From an archaeon (GTDB taxonomy: Archaea > Iainarchaeota > Iainarchaeia > Iainarchaeales > JANQMZ01), in assembly GCA_028279805.1 (NCBI GenBank), contig JANQMZ010000007.1, forward strand, positions 30,001-62,000: a stretch of DNA of 32,000 nucleotides, given 5' to 3'. Of the stretch, positions 9,290 to 17,405 are shown piece after piece. Each line of letters begins with the position of its first letter. The first letter of the stretch is position 1. The notes under the pieces were generated by a model. That model ran no database searches, was not told where the DNA came from, and saw only the letters and a program-made list of their open reading frames with translations. The position numbers and the translations under genes are program-made.

Positions 9290-10436
9290 GCATTTCTTTT
9301 GCAACCAATGCCATTGTTTTTTCAAATTTTTTTAACTGGCTAATCTGAATATATTCGTTTGGCTGATGTGCAACATCATCCCCGATACCTACATCAATTG
9401 CATTAATTTTGGGAACCATGTCTTTTGCAACCGTTCCGCCTTCCAGTCCTCTGAGTTTTGGGTTTTTTCCGGTTACTTTTTTTATATTTTTTTTCAGAAC
9501 TTTTACCAGTTCACTTTTTTCGTCCACAACATGCGGCTTTAATTTTACCATTATTTCTATTTTAAATTTTCCTTGTGTTTTTTTTGCCAATTGTTTTATT
9601 TTTTTAATTGCTTTGTCAACATTTTGTCTCGGAACAAATCTCATGTCAACTTTTGCTTCACAAACACTTGGAACCATGTTTGGGGCCGAGCCTCCTTTTA
9701 TTGCTCCAATATTAATTGTTGGTTTTGTAAAATGTTTGTGTTTTTTGTAAGGAATTTTTAACTGTTTTAATTTTTTTAAAAAAAGCATCATGTTTTCAAT
9801 TGCATTTTCTCCCAGCCATGGCCTTGAACCATGAACCTGTTTTCCATAACTTGTTATTTTGAAAAATACTCCTCCTTTTTCTCCTATTGCAATTGTTTTC
9901 AGATTGTCAGCAATATCAGGGATAATTGCGTTTGTTGCAAAAATTTTTTTTTCTTTCATTAAAAAAGTTGTTCCATATTTTGAACCTAATTCTTCATCTG
10001 CTGCAAAAACCAGTAACAATTTTGAATGGAATTCTTTTTCAAATTTTTTCAAAATTTTTCCCAGTATTATTGTTGAAGCTACAGCTCCTTTATTGTCCTG
10101 GGCTCCCCGTCCAAAAACTTTTCCTTTTTTTACAACACCTTTGAAAGGATTTGTTTTCCAGCCATCTCCGGCCGGAACGGTATCCAGATGGCAGGCTATC
10201 AGCAATTCGGCTTTTCCTTTTCCTATTTCTGCAACCAAATTGGTTCTGCCTTTCATTTTTTCATATTTTTTGTATTTTATTTTGCTTTTTTTCAGCTCTT
10301 TTTCCACTATTTTAGCCGCTTTGTATTCGTTTCCAGGCGGATTAACTGTTTTGGCTTGAATCAGTTTTTTTAACAAATTCACTGTTTCTTTTTCTCTTTT
10401 TTGCACCTGTTTTGTTAATTCTTTTTCTGAAACCAT
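9279..10436 (-). CDS. M20-family metallohydrolase (ArgE/DapE/carboxypeptidase-like)
   Basis: 385 aa. Motifs CHLDTVPAGDGW, GRGAQDNKG and ADEELG. Substrate cannot be assigned from sequence. The 3' end overlaps pyrF convergently by 11 nt. Confidence 0.85.
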   Translation of the reverse strand: MVSEKELTKQVQKREKETVNLLKKLIQAKTVNPPGNEYKAAKIVEKELKKSKIKYKKYEKMKGRTNLVAEIGKGKAELLIACHLDTVPAGDGWKTNPFKGVVKKGKVFGRGAQDNKGAVASTIILGKILKKFEKEFHSKLLLVFAADEELGSKYGTTFLMKEKKIFATNAIIPDIADNLKTIAIGEKGGVFFKITSYGKQVHGSRPWLGENAIENMMLFLKKLKQLKIPYKKHKHFTKPTINIGAIKGGSAPNMVPSVCEAKVDMRFVPRQNVDKAIKKIKQLAKKTQGKFKIEIMVKLKPHVVDEKSELVKVLKKNIKKVTGKNPKLRGLEGGTVAKDMVPKINAIDVGIGDDVAHQPNEYIQISQLKKFEKTMALVAKEMLID

Positions 10437-10524
10437 GCATTCTTAATCTTTAATTATTTTTTTAAATCTCTCTTTTGCTTTTTTGGCATCAAATTTAATA
10501 AGGTGTTTTTTCACAAACCTATGA

Positions 10525-12075
10525 ATGCCTGAAGAATTAATTGTGCCGGACAGATATTGCCATGTGCTCAAAGTTAAGCCTTTTCACATTCATACCGGTG
10601 CTCTGGTTGTCGTTTTAAATGATGTTGATGCAAAAGAACTTGGAATTTTTGCCAACGACCGGGTGCGAATTACCAATAATAAAAAAAAGTTAAGCGTTGT
10701 TGCAGTTGCTGATATTACTCATTCTGAAAATCATGATTTTATTAAGGAAAATGAAATAGGTGTTTTTTCAGAGGTAATTAAAAGACTGGATTTGAAAGAA
10801 AATGATTTGGTTGAAGTTTGTGCTGTAGAACTTCCAAAAAGTGTTGAATTTATTAAAAAAAAGTTAAACAACCAGGTTTTAACTGCTGAAGAAATTAATG
10901 AAATTGTTAAAGATTTGGATGAAAACAGGTTAAGCAGTATTGAAGCATCTGCTTTTGTTTCAGCTGTTTATGTTAACGGTTTTAACCTGGATGAAACTGT
11001 TGCAATGACCCGTGCTTTGTCACGAAACGGCCAGAAAATTTCAATGGATTTGTCACCAATTGTTGACAAGCATTCAATTGGAGGAATTAATGGCAGGGTT
11101 ACAATGATTGTTGTTCCGATTGTTGCTGCAGCCGGCTTGTTTATTCCCAAAACATCTTCCAGAAGCATTACTTCTGCTGCCGGTACAGCCGATGCAATGG
11201 AAGTGTTGGCAAATGTTTCTTTAAATTTTAATCAGATTAAAAAAATAACCCAAAAAGTCGGAGGAGTTATTGCTTGGGGTGGAGCGTTAGATTTGGCTCC
11301 GGTTGATGATAAAATTATCAAAATAGAACATCCTTTGTCGCTGGATCCGCAGGGACAGGTTATTGCAAGTGTTATGGCTAAAAAGCATTCAGTTGGTTCA
11401 CAGTTTGTTGTTGTGGATTTGCCAATAGGCCCCGGCTTAAAAGTTTCTGATAAAGAAGCGGCTGAGGAAATGGCAAAACTTTTTGTTCAGGTTGGCAAAA
11501 AAATAGGTGTAAAAGTTGAATCCGTTTTAACTGACGGCACAAAACCAACAGGAAAAGCATTCGGCCCTGCATTGGAAGCAAAATACGTTTTAGAGGTTTT
11601 GGAAAACAAATTTTTTGACAATTTGGCCCAAAAAAGCTGTGAATTATCAGGTGTTTTGCTTGAATTAGCCGGAAAATGCAAGAAAGGACAGGGTTTTGAA
11701 AAAGCAAAAGAAATCTTGCAATCAGGAAAGGCTTTGGATAAAATGAAGGAAATAATCAAGGCACAGGGTGGCAAAATTTTCAAATCTGAAGATGTTGAAC
11801 TGGGAAAATTTGTTTTTGAAGTCAAATCTGAAAGTGAGGGAGAAATAAGCAACATTAACGGCCCGTTATTAACTCAGATTGCCCGTGTTGCAGGAGCTCC
11901 GGCTGACAAAAAAGCCGGCGTTTTATTGCATGTTGAAGAGGGAGACAACATAAAAAAAGGTGATTTGTTGTTTCAAATTTTTGCTTCAAATGAAAGAAAA
12001 TTTGATTCAGCAAAAAAAGCTGCCAAAGCATCCTCAATTCAATTGGAAAAAACAATAATTGAAAGATTTGTTTAA
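10525..12075 (+). CDS. deoA: AMP phosphorylase (thymidine-phosphorylase family with N-terminal extension)
   Basis: 516 aa, about 80 aa longer at the N-terminus than bacterial thymidine phosphorylase. Motifs DKHSIGGINGR and SSRSITSAAGTADAMEVL match my recollection of archaeal AMP phosphorylases. Confidence 0.8.
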   Translation: MPEELIVPDRYCHVLKVKPFHIHTGALVVVLNDVDAKELGIFANDRVRITNNKKKLSVVAVADITHSENHDFIKENEIGVFSEVIKRLDLKENDLVEVCAVELPKSVEFIKKKLNNQVLTAEEINEIVKDLDENRLSSIEASAFVSAVYVNGFNLDETVAMTRALSRNGQKISMDLSPIVDKHSIGGINGRVTMIVVPIVAAAGLFIPKTSSRSITSAAGTADAMEVLANVSLNFNQIKKITQKVGGVIAWGGALDLAPVDDKIIKIEHPLSLDPQGQVIASVMAKKHSVGSQFVVVDLPIGPGLKVSDKEAAEEMAKLFVQVGKKIGVKVESVLTDGTKPTGKAFGPALEAKYVLEVLENKFFDNLAQKSCELSGVLLELAGKCKKGQGFEKAKEILQSGKALDKMKEIIKAQGGKIFKSEDVELGKFVFEVKSESEGEISNINGPLLTQIARVAGAPADKKAGVLLHVEEGDNIKKGDLLFQIFASNERKFDSAKKAAKASSIQLEKTIIERFV

Positions 12076-12221
12076 AAAAAATAATTTTAATTTTTAAATT
12101 TTACTTTTTTTTTGCTTTAATAATTCAGATAAGATTCAAATCTTTTTATTTTTCAAAGCCAGGCTAAAAGTATATTAAAATTTTGGTAAAAATTCTAATA
12201 ACATTCATATTTGTTATTGCA

Positions 12222-12231
12222 GGGAGGAGGG
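12222..12231 (+). promoter_or_regulatory. Strong Shine-Dalgarno-like element GGGAGGAGGG
   Basis: Purine block 7 nt upstream of the ATG at 12239. It is the longest SD-like match I found before any gene in the window; others have at most AAGGTG/GAGGT or nothing. Confidence 0.6.
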
Positions 12232-12238
12232 TAAAAAT

Positions 12239-14260
12239 ATGGATAATGTAACAAAAAAAATACTAACAGTATTTTTTCTAATTTTTTTAACGACAAGTGT
12301 CTCAGCATGGTGGGATTCGGACTGGAGCAACAAACAGAGACTAACACTATCAACATCCAGTCTTTCTAATGATGTAACTAGTGACCAGCCCATAATGGTT
12401 AAAATTGATTCAACAGATACGGATTTTTGGAATAATGTTCTAAGCGACGGAAGAGATGTTCGTTTTATTGCTGCAGATGATTTAACTGAATTGGTTTATC
12501 ATTTTGAAAAATTTGATTCTGTTGGTGATGAAATGATTGCATGGGTAAAAGTAACCGATACTTTTAGTTCCAGCAGTGACATGAATATTTTCATGTATTA
12601 TAACAATCCAACTGCGGTTGATAATCAGAATGAAAGCGGAACATATACAAGCAGTTATCAACAAGTTTACCATTTAGGTGAAGCTTCCGGAACATTGTTT
12701 GATTCAACTAGTAATGACAGAAATTCAACTGCTCAGCAATTAACAGCTTATCAGGCTGCAGGAAAAATAGGAGACGCAGCTGACTTTGAGTATGGTGTTG
12801 TGGATTATATTGATGTTCCTAAATGGTCTTTTGGTAATTCCGATATCACATTCATGGCTTGGGTAAAGCATGAATCTCTTGTTTCTGGTCAAACCATTGT
12901 TGGAAACTGGGGTTCTGGTGCAGAGCAAACAGGCAAAAGAAACTGGTTATTGGTTTTTGGAGCAACCCCGGGCAGATTCAGTGCAAATATTTACGATGGA
13001 GGAGGATCAGTTGCTAGAGCTGAAACGGATTTGAACACGTTTCCGATTTCAACAGGTGTTTGGTATCATCTTATAGGAACCTGGGATGATGCAAGCAATA
13101 CTGTTAAAATATATGTTGATGGTGTTCAGAGAGACGACAGCAACGCTGTTAATATCAGTATGGCTAATTCCACTCACACGTCATCTATAGGGTCACAGGA
13201 ACAGACTATTGAACCAATGGACGGAATAATTGACGAAATTAAAATCTTGAATACTGATTTGTCAGCAGATGAAGCAAAATTACTGTATGAATCGGAATCA
13301 GATCAATTAATAACTTTTGAATTGATTTCCGGTGGCAGTTCATCATCTTCCAGTGATCAGAATATTTGGCTAACATTTGTTTCTGATGATGGTAATGTTT
13401 CAGCAGACAATAATGCAGACACTTTAACAGTAACCGGTGGAACTGGAGTTGATTCAAGCATTGCCGGAGATGTTCTGACATTAATCTTTGACGCTACTGA
13501 AGTTCTGACAACTACTTGGGGCAATGGTTCTTTGTTTACTTGGACTTTTGATGCTTCAGCTGGAACAGATACTTCAATGGCTTTTGGAGACAATTCAATT
13601 GACATTACATCAGAAACACTAACAACTTCAGGAAATTTCAGTCTGGAAGGAAACAATAAAGAGCTGAGGTTTTATGAAGCAGCAAATTATGTTGGCTTTG
13701 AAGCACCAGCTTTAACATCAAATCAAATTTGGGTGTTGCCGGATTCTGATGGAGCATCAGACCAGGTTTTATCCACAGATGGTTCCGGTAACTTGTCCTG
13801 GGCTGATTCTAGTTCTGGTGGTGTGACAAAAATCTTTGGCGGTTATGGCATTGATGTTAATGCTAACACCGGGGATGTGAACATTACTGCGAATACGAAT
13901 GAAGTGTTTACAACAGTGGCTGTTACGAACAGAACGGGTTCGACTGTGAGCAAAGGAGATGTTGTGGTAATTGATTCTGGAAATGCCAACAGTGTCAAGT
14001 TTGCGGCAAATAATCCTGATACGAGACGTGTTTTAGGGGTTGTCCGCCTTGGTGGACTAAACCTGCAAACAATTTACGTGCAAACAACTGGTCGAGCTAC
14101 AGTGAATGCTAGCGGTTCCATTGATGTCGGAGACATTGTTGTTTCAACGAATGACAATGATGGAAAAGCGAGAACGGATAATACTCCTGGAAGGGCAAAG
14201 CTTGGAAGAGCTTTAACATCAGGAACGGATACTACTGTGGACATAGTAATTCAGACATAA
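12239..14260 (+). CDS. Secreted surface protein: signal peptide, DUF2341, LamG (concanavalin-like lectin), Ser linker, beta-rich fibre-like C-terminal region
   Basis: 673 aa. The N-terminus MDNVTKKILTVFFLIFLTTSVSA|WW looks like a Sec signal peptide. WWDSDWSNKQRLTL...GRDVRFIAAD...IAWVKV...IFMYYNN fits the DUF2341 pattern. ITFMAWVK...WYHLIGTWD...VKIYVDGV...IDEIKILNTDLSADEAKLLY fits Laminin_G_3. A GGSSSSSSD linker is followed by a Thr/Gly/Asp/Asn-rich region containing FEAPALTSNQIWVLPDSDGASDQVLSTDGSGNLSWA. Confidence 0.8.
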   Translation: MDNVTKKILTVFFLIFLTTSVSAWWDSDWSNKQRLTLSTSSLSNDVTSDQPIMVKIDSTDTDFWNNVLSDGRDVRFIAADDLTELVYHFEKFDSVGDEMIAWVKVTDTFSSSSDMNIFMYYNNPTAVDNQNESGTYTSSYQQVYHLGEASGTLFDSTSNDRNSTAQQLTAYQAAGKIGDAADFEYGVVDYIDVPKWSFGNSDITFMAWVKHESLVSGQTIVGNWGSGAEQTGKRNWLLVFGATPGRFSANIYDGGGSVARAETDLNTFPISTGVWYHLIGTWDDASNTVKIYVDGVQRDDSNAVNISMANSTHTSSIGSQEQTIEPMDGIIDEIKILNTDLSADEAKLLYESESDQLITFELISGGSSSSSSDQNIWLTFVSDDGNVSADNNADTLTVTGGTGVDSSIAGDVLTLIFDATEVLTTTWGNGSLFTWTFDASAGTDTSMAFGDNSIDITSETLTTSGNFSLEGNNKELRFYEAANYVGFEAPALTSNQIWVLPDSDGASDQVLSTDGSGNLSWADSSSGGVTKIFGGYGIDVNANTGDVNITANTNEVFTTVAVTNRTGSTVSKGDVVVIDSGNANSVKFAANNPDTRRVLGVVRLGGLNLQTIYVQTTGRATVNASGSIDVGDIVVSTNDNDGKARTDNTPGRAKLGRALTSGTDTTVDIVIQT

Positions 14261-14279
14261 CAATATTCACGGTAACCAT

Positions 14280-14313
14280 AAAGAGAGTTAAAAACTCTCT
14301 TTTCCTTTTTTTT
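14280..14313 (+). terminator. Intrinsic-terminator-like hairpin plus T-tract
   Basis: AAAGAGAGTT-AAA-AACTCTCTTT forms a 10-bp perfect stem, followed by TCCTTTTTTTT. It lies 20 nt after the 12239-14260 stop. Confidence 0.6.
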
Positions 14314-14337
14314 ATATTTCAAAAAGATTTTGTCATG

Positions 14338-15153
14338 TTAATTGTAAATTTTGTTAAACAGTTCAACAAATTCGTTTACTTCCAGTTGCATTGTTTTTTT
14401 TGTTTCCAAACCTAAACTCTGTATTGCCTTTTTAATTTTTTTTTCATCCGGCTTGTTTTTAAAAAATTTTAAACTTTTTTGAATCGAATTTCCGATATTT
14501 TTGTTTTTATAGCGAAAAATTTGTTCTAAAAATTTTTTAAATCTTTTTTCATTTTTTGCTTTTGTTTTTTTTTCTTTTTTTTGCAAAACAATTATTGCAG
14601 AATCCGTGTTAGGCTTTGGATAAAAATTGTTAGGTGAAACAATTTCTAATATTTCAATATCACAATAATACTGGGTCAAAACGCTTAACGCGGTATAACT
14701 TTTTAGTCCCGGAATTGCGTTCAACTTTTCCGCAAAATCAATTTGAAAAACCAAAATCCCGGAATCAAAACCATGTTCTAACAATTTTAACATTATTTCC
14801 TTGCTTAAATTGTACGGAGGCAAGGAAACAACTTTGTTAAATTTTGGCAAAGGCGTTTTCAAAAAACTTCCTTCAATTATTTCAACATTTTTTGACTTGA
14901 TTTCATTGTTTAACAGTTTAACCAGTTTGAAATCAACTTCCAAAGCCTTAACTTTTGCTTTTTTTGCAAGTTTTTTTGTTAAAAAACCTGTTCCTGCACC
15001 AATTTCAAAAACAACATCATTTTTTTTCAAATCAGCTTTTTCAATCATTTTGTCCAGAATTTTTTCATTTATGATAAAATGCTGTCCCAGTTTTTTTAAC
15101 GGGCTTACTCTGTATTTTACAAGAAAATTTTGGAGTTCCTGAAATAAGCTCAT
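14338..15153 (-). CDS. rsmA: 16S rRNA (adenine-N6,N6)-dimethyltransferase KsgA/Dim1
   Basis: SAM motif FEIGAGTGFLT and the SLPPYNLS motif. I prefer the ATG at 15153 (MSLFQELQNF...), 1 nt after the upstream gene's stop, over the track start at 15204, which would overlap that gene by 50 nt. Confidence 0.9.
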   Translation of the reverse strand: MSLFQELQNFLVKYRVSPLKKLGQHFIINEKILDKMIEKADLKKNDVVFEIGAGTGFLTKKLAKKAKVKALEVDFKLVKLLNNEIKSKNVEIIEGSFLKTPLPKFNKVVSLPPYNLSKEIMLKLLEHGFDSGILVFQIDFAEKLNAIPGLKSYTALSVLTQYYCDIEILEIVSPNNFYPKPNTDSAIIVLQKKEKKTKAKNEKRFKKFLEQIFRYKNKNIGNSIQKSLKFFKNKPDEKKIKKAIQSLGLETKKTMQLEVNEFVELFNKIYN

Positions 15154-15154
15154 T

Positions 15155-15727
15155 TTAATGTTTTCCCCTAAAATGAGGTTTTTCCTGTGCAGGAGGCCGT
15201 ACAAACAAGTAGTGCTTTAATCCTTCTTCTTCCAGTTCTCTTAAAATTCGTTTAACTATTACAAGCCCCGGATCAGGCATTAAATCAACTCTTTTTTCAA
15301 TATCGTCAAATGATTCAAACTTTTTATGGTCTCTTTCCTCTAAAAGGTTTTCAGTGTGCTTTTTTCCCAGGCTTGGCAATAATTCAAGCTTATGTCTTCT
15401 GATAGTTATCGGGCCGGCATTATTGTAAAATTCAACATATTTTTTTTCATTTTCTTTTACCAGTTTTTTTATAGTGTTTTTAATTTCTGCAACGGATGTT
15501 GATGTCAAATCTTTGTAACCAATTCTTCTTTTTATAAACTCAACTTTGTCTCTTTCATCTTTTCCTACATAAACTTTTTCAAAAGCTTTTAATTCTCCTT
15601 TTGGAACAATCTCCAGTAATGTAAAAAATTCTGTTCCAATAACCTGTGCTATTGGCTCGCTTTTAAAACTTGAACCTTTTCCTTTTGGAAGATAATCTAA
15701 AACTATGGCATATTCTTCTGCGGGCAT
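15155..15727 (-). CDS. DUF655-family putative RNA-binding protein
   Basis: 190 aa. MPAEEYAIVLDYLPKG...EPIAQVIGTEFFTLLE...RRHKLELLPSLGKKH matches the archaeal DUF655 family, which commonly sits between rpoF and ksgA. SD GGTGGTGAT precedes the ATG. Confidence 0.85.
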   Translation of the reverse strand: MPAEEYAIVLDYLPKGKGSSFKSEPIAQVIGTEFFTLLEIVPKGELKAFEKVYVGKDERDKVEFIKRRIGYKDLTSTSVAEIKNTIKKLVKENEKKYVEFYNNAGPITIRRHKLELLPSLGKKHTENLLEERDHKKFESFDDIEKRVDLMPDPGLVIVKRILRELEEEGLKHYLFVRPPAQEKPHFRGKH

Positions 15728-15752
15728 TTAAATCACCACCGCTTAAAGCGGA

Positions 15753-16244
15753 CTATTTTTTATCGGAAGCGTTTTCTTCTGCTTCTTGTTTTGCTTTTTC
15801 TTCAGCTTCCTTTTTTCTTTTTTCTTCCTCTTCTTTTGCTTTTTGTTTTAATTTTTTGGCTGTTTTTTTTGCCGCTGCAGCAGAATCTTTTGCCCTGTCA
15901 CTTATGTCTTTGCCGCCGTATTTTTTAACCGTTTCCAGTATTGTGTCAAGAGTGTCTTCTTTAAACTCGCTTTCTTTTGGAATTAAAATTTTTAAAATTT
16001 CTTTTTCCATTGGCATTATGTCAACAATTTTCACAGCAAACTCTTCACTGACTCCGTCAATTGCTTTTAAATCTTTTAATAATTTGTCAGCTTTTGTTCT
16101 TGTCAGTTTTGAAAAGGTTTTAGCATAATTGTAAGCTGCTTCCTGCTCATAATTTAAGTCTTTCATTTTTTTGTTTTCTTTTAACAAATCCTTAACTTCA
16201 ACTAATGTTACAACTTTTTTTTCTAAAATTTTTTCTCCAATCAT
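15753..16244 (-). CDS. rpoF: DNA-directed RNA polymerase subunit Rpo4 (F) with a Lys/Glu/Ala-rich C-terminal extension
   Basis: The first 110 aa or so (MIGEKILEKKVVTLVEVKDLLKE...LNYEQEAAYNYAKTFSKL...AVKIVDIMP...ILETVKKY) align by eye with archaeal RpoF. The last 45-50 aa (AAAAKKTAKKLKQKAKEEEEKRKKEAEEKAKQEAEENASDKK) are extra low-complexity sequence. Confidence 0.85.
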   Translation of the reverse strand: MIGEKILEKKVVTLVEVKDLLKENKKMKDLNYEQEAAYNYAKTFSKLTRTKADKLLKDLKAIDGVSEEFAVKIVDIMPMEKEILKILIPKESEFKEDTLDTILETVKKYGGKDISDRAKDSAAAAKKTAKKLKQKAKEEEEKRKKEAEEKAKQEAEENASDKK

Positions 16245-16564
16245 TTTTTCACCTTTTTTTGTTCTAAAACTTTTAAATGAACAGGGTGAATTAAAACTTC
16301 TTTGCTTTTTCCCCTGTCTGAAATTATAATCTTGTAATGTGTTCCCTGCCTTGTTGGGTTTTCTTTTTCACCTAAAACTGTGCCGGTTTTTCCATGATGT
16401 CTTGAATTCGGCAAACTTTTGTTGTATGAACCATCAGTTTTAATCTGAACTTTTGAATTTCCGGGAATCTGAATAACGTGCTTGTTTACAGTTGTTTTTG
16501 AGCCTTTTCTTGAAAATTTGCTTCTTGTTTTAGCTCTTTTTCCAACAGCTTTTTTGTTTGCCAT
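16241..16564 (-). CDS. rpl21e: 50S ribosomal protein L21e (eL21)
   Basis: 107 aa, basic. KRAKTRSKFSRKG...HHGKTGTVLG... fits eL21. SD AGGTGA lies 4 nt upstream. The stop overlaps the rpoF start by 4 nt. Confidence 0.85.
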   Translation of the reverse strand: MANKKAVGKRAKTRSKFSRKGSKTTVNKHVIQIPGNSKVQIKTDGSYNKSLPNSRHHGKTGTVLGEKENPTRQGTHYKIIISDRGKSKEVLIHPVHLKVLEQKKVKK

Positions 16565-16758
16565 TAAATCACCTTTAAACTTTGAAAATCATTGATTAAA
16601 TTAGTCTGAATATAACCAATTACTCAAAGAAAACTATTTAAATTGAAGTTAAAACGTTAAAAAAAGCAAAAACCTGATTAAATCCTTTTTAAATGATTTT
16701 TTTCATCGTTTTAAGTGCTTTAAATATCTTTTTAAAGCTTTTTAAACTATAAATCCTA

Positions 16759-16768
16759 TTTATAAATA
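16759..16768 (+). promoter_or_regulatory. Candidate TATA box for tbp
   Basis: TTTATAAATA lies about 50 nt upstream of the tbp ATG (16814). SD-like GTGAGGT at 16799-16805 would sit in a short leader. The surrounding region is so AT-rich that other TATA-like words exist. Confidence 0.4.
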
Positions 16769-16813
16769 AATAACAAATTAAAGGGAATAAATTAATTTGT
16801 GAGGTTTTTTTTT

Positions 16814-17389
16814 ATGAAGTATGAAATTGTTAATCTTGTTGCTTCTGCAAGCTTGTCGGGCACTCTTGATTTGTATGAATTGGCTATGTCAATTCCCAAC
16901 ATTGAATATGAACCGGAACAGTTTCCCGGTGCAATACTAAAACTGCGTGAACCAAAAGTTTCAATGCTTTTGTTCAAAAACGGTAAAGTTATTTGTTCTG
17001 GTGCAAGCAATGAAGAACAAGTTGCGCAGGCTATCAGAAAAGCTTCAAAACTTATTAATGAAATTCAGAAAGACATTAAGGTTCAGAGAAAAGTTAATTA
17101 TACTGTTGTTAACCTGGTTGCAACAGCCAACCTGAAAACAACTCTTGACTTGTTTCATGTTGCTTTAAATCTTGACAATGTTGAATATGAACCTGAACAG
17201 TTTCCGGGAGCAATTTTAAGAATTCATGACCCGAAAATAACTTTGTTGTTGTTTAAAAACGGTAAAGTTATTTGTGCCGGTGCAAAAAGAGAAGAACTTT
17301 TGAAAAAAGGCTTAAACAAAGCGGCAAAACTTGTTAAAAATATCACAAAGCAAAAAAAATCATCAGGCGACAATCTTTTGGTTGAATGA
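16814..17389 (+). CDS. tbp: TATA-box binding protein
   Basis: Two direct repeats: NIEYEPEQFPGAILKL...LLFKNGKVICSGA and NVEYEPEQFPGAILRI...LLFKNGKVICAGA. I prefer the ATG at 16814 (MKYEIVNLVASA) over the GTG at 16799. Confidence 0.95.
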   Translation: MKYEIVNLVASASLSGTLDLYELAMSIPNIEYEPEQFPGAILKLREPKVSMLLFKNGKVICSGASNEEQVAQAIRKASKLINEIQKDIKVQRKVNYTVVNLVATANLKTTLDLFHVALNLDNVEYEPEQFPGAILRIHDPKITLLLFKNGKVICAGAKREELLKKGLNKAAKLVKNITKQKKSSGDNLLVE

Positions 17390-17405
17390 TTTTTGATGTG
17401 GTAAA

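Noticed and set aside
9409-10373. Several plus-strand ORFs (113, 62, 166, 72 and 61 aa)
   Set aside because: All lie antisense within the well-supported M20 hydrolase gene. They are Phe/Ser/Ile-rich, typical of AT-rich antisense frames.
12239-14260. Possibility that the fibre-like protein marks a prophage or viral insertion
   Set aside because: There is no integrase, capsid, terminase or other phage-like gene and no att-like direct repeat on either side. It is a single gene flanked by housekeeping genes, so I treat it as a cellular surface protein, possibly horizontally acquired.
15154-15204. Upstream extension of ksgA (MYGLLHRKNLILGENIK)
   Set aside because: It would overlap the DUF655 gene by 50 nt. 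The internal ATG at 15153 sits 1 nt after that gene's stop, matching the compact coupling seen elsewhere.
15670-16128. 152-aa plus-strand ORF rich in Ser/Phe/Ala
   Set aside because: It is antisense to rpoF and the DUF655 gene. It is a low-complexity mirror of the Lys/Glu-rich tail, with no independent support.
16592-16682. 9-nt direct repeat TGATTAAAT (16592-16600 and 16674-16682) in the rpl21e/tbp spacer
   Set aside because: It is short and made of common AT-rich words, so a chance match is likely in this composition.
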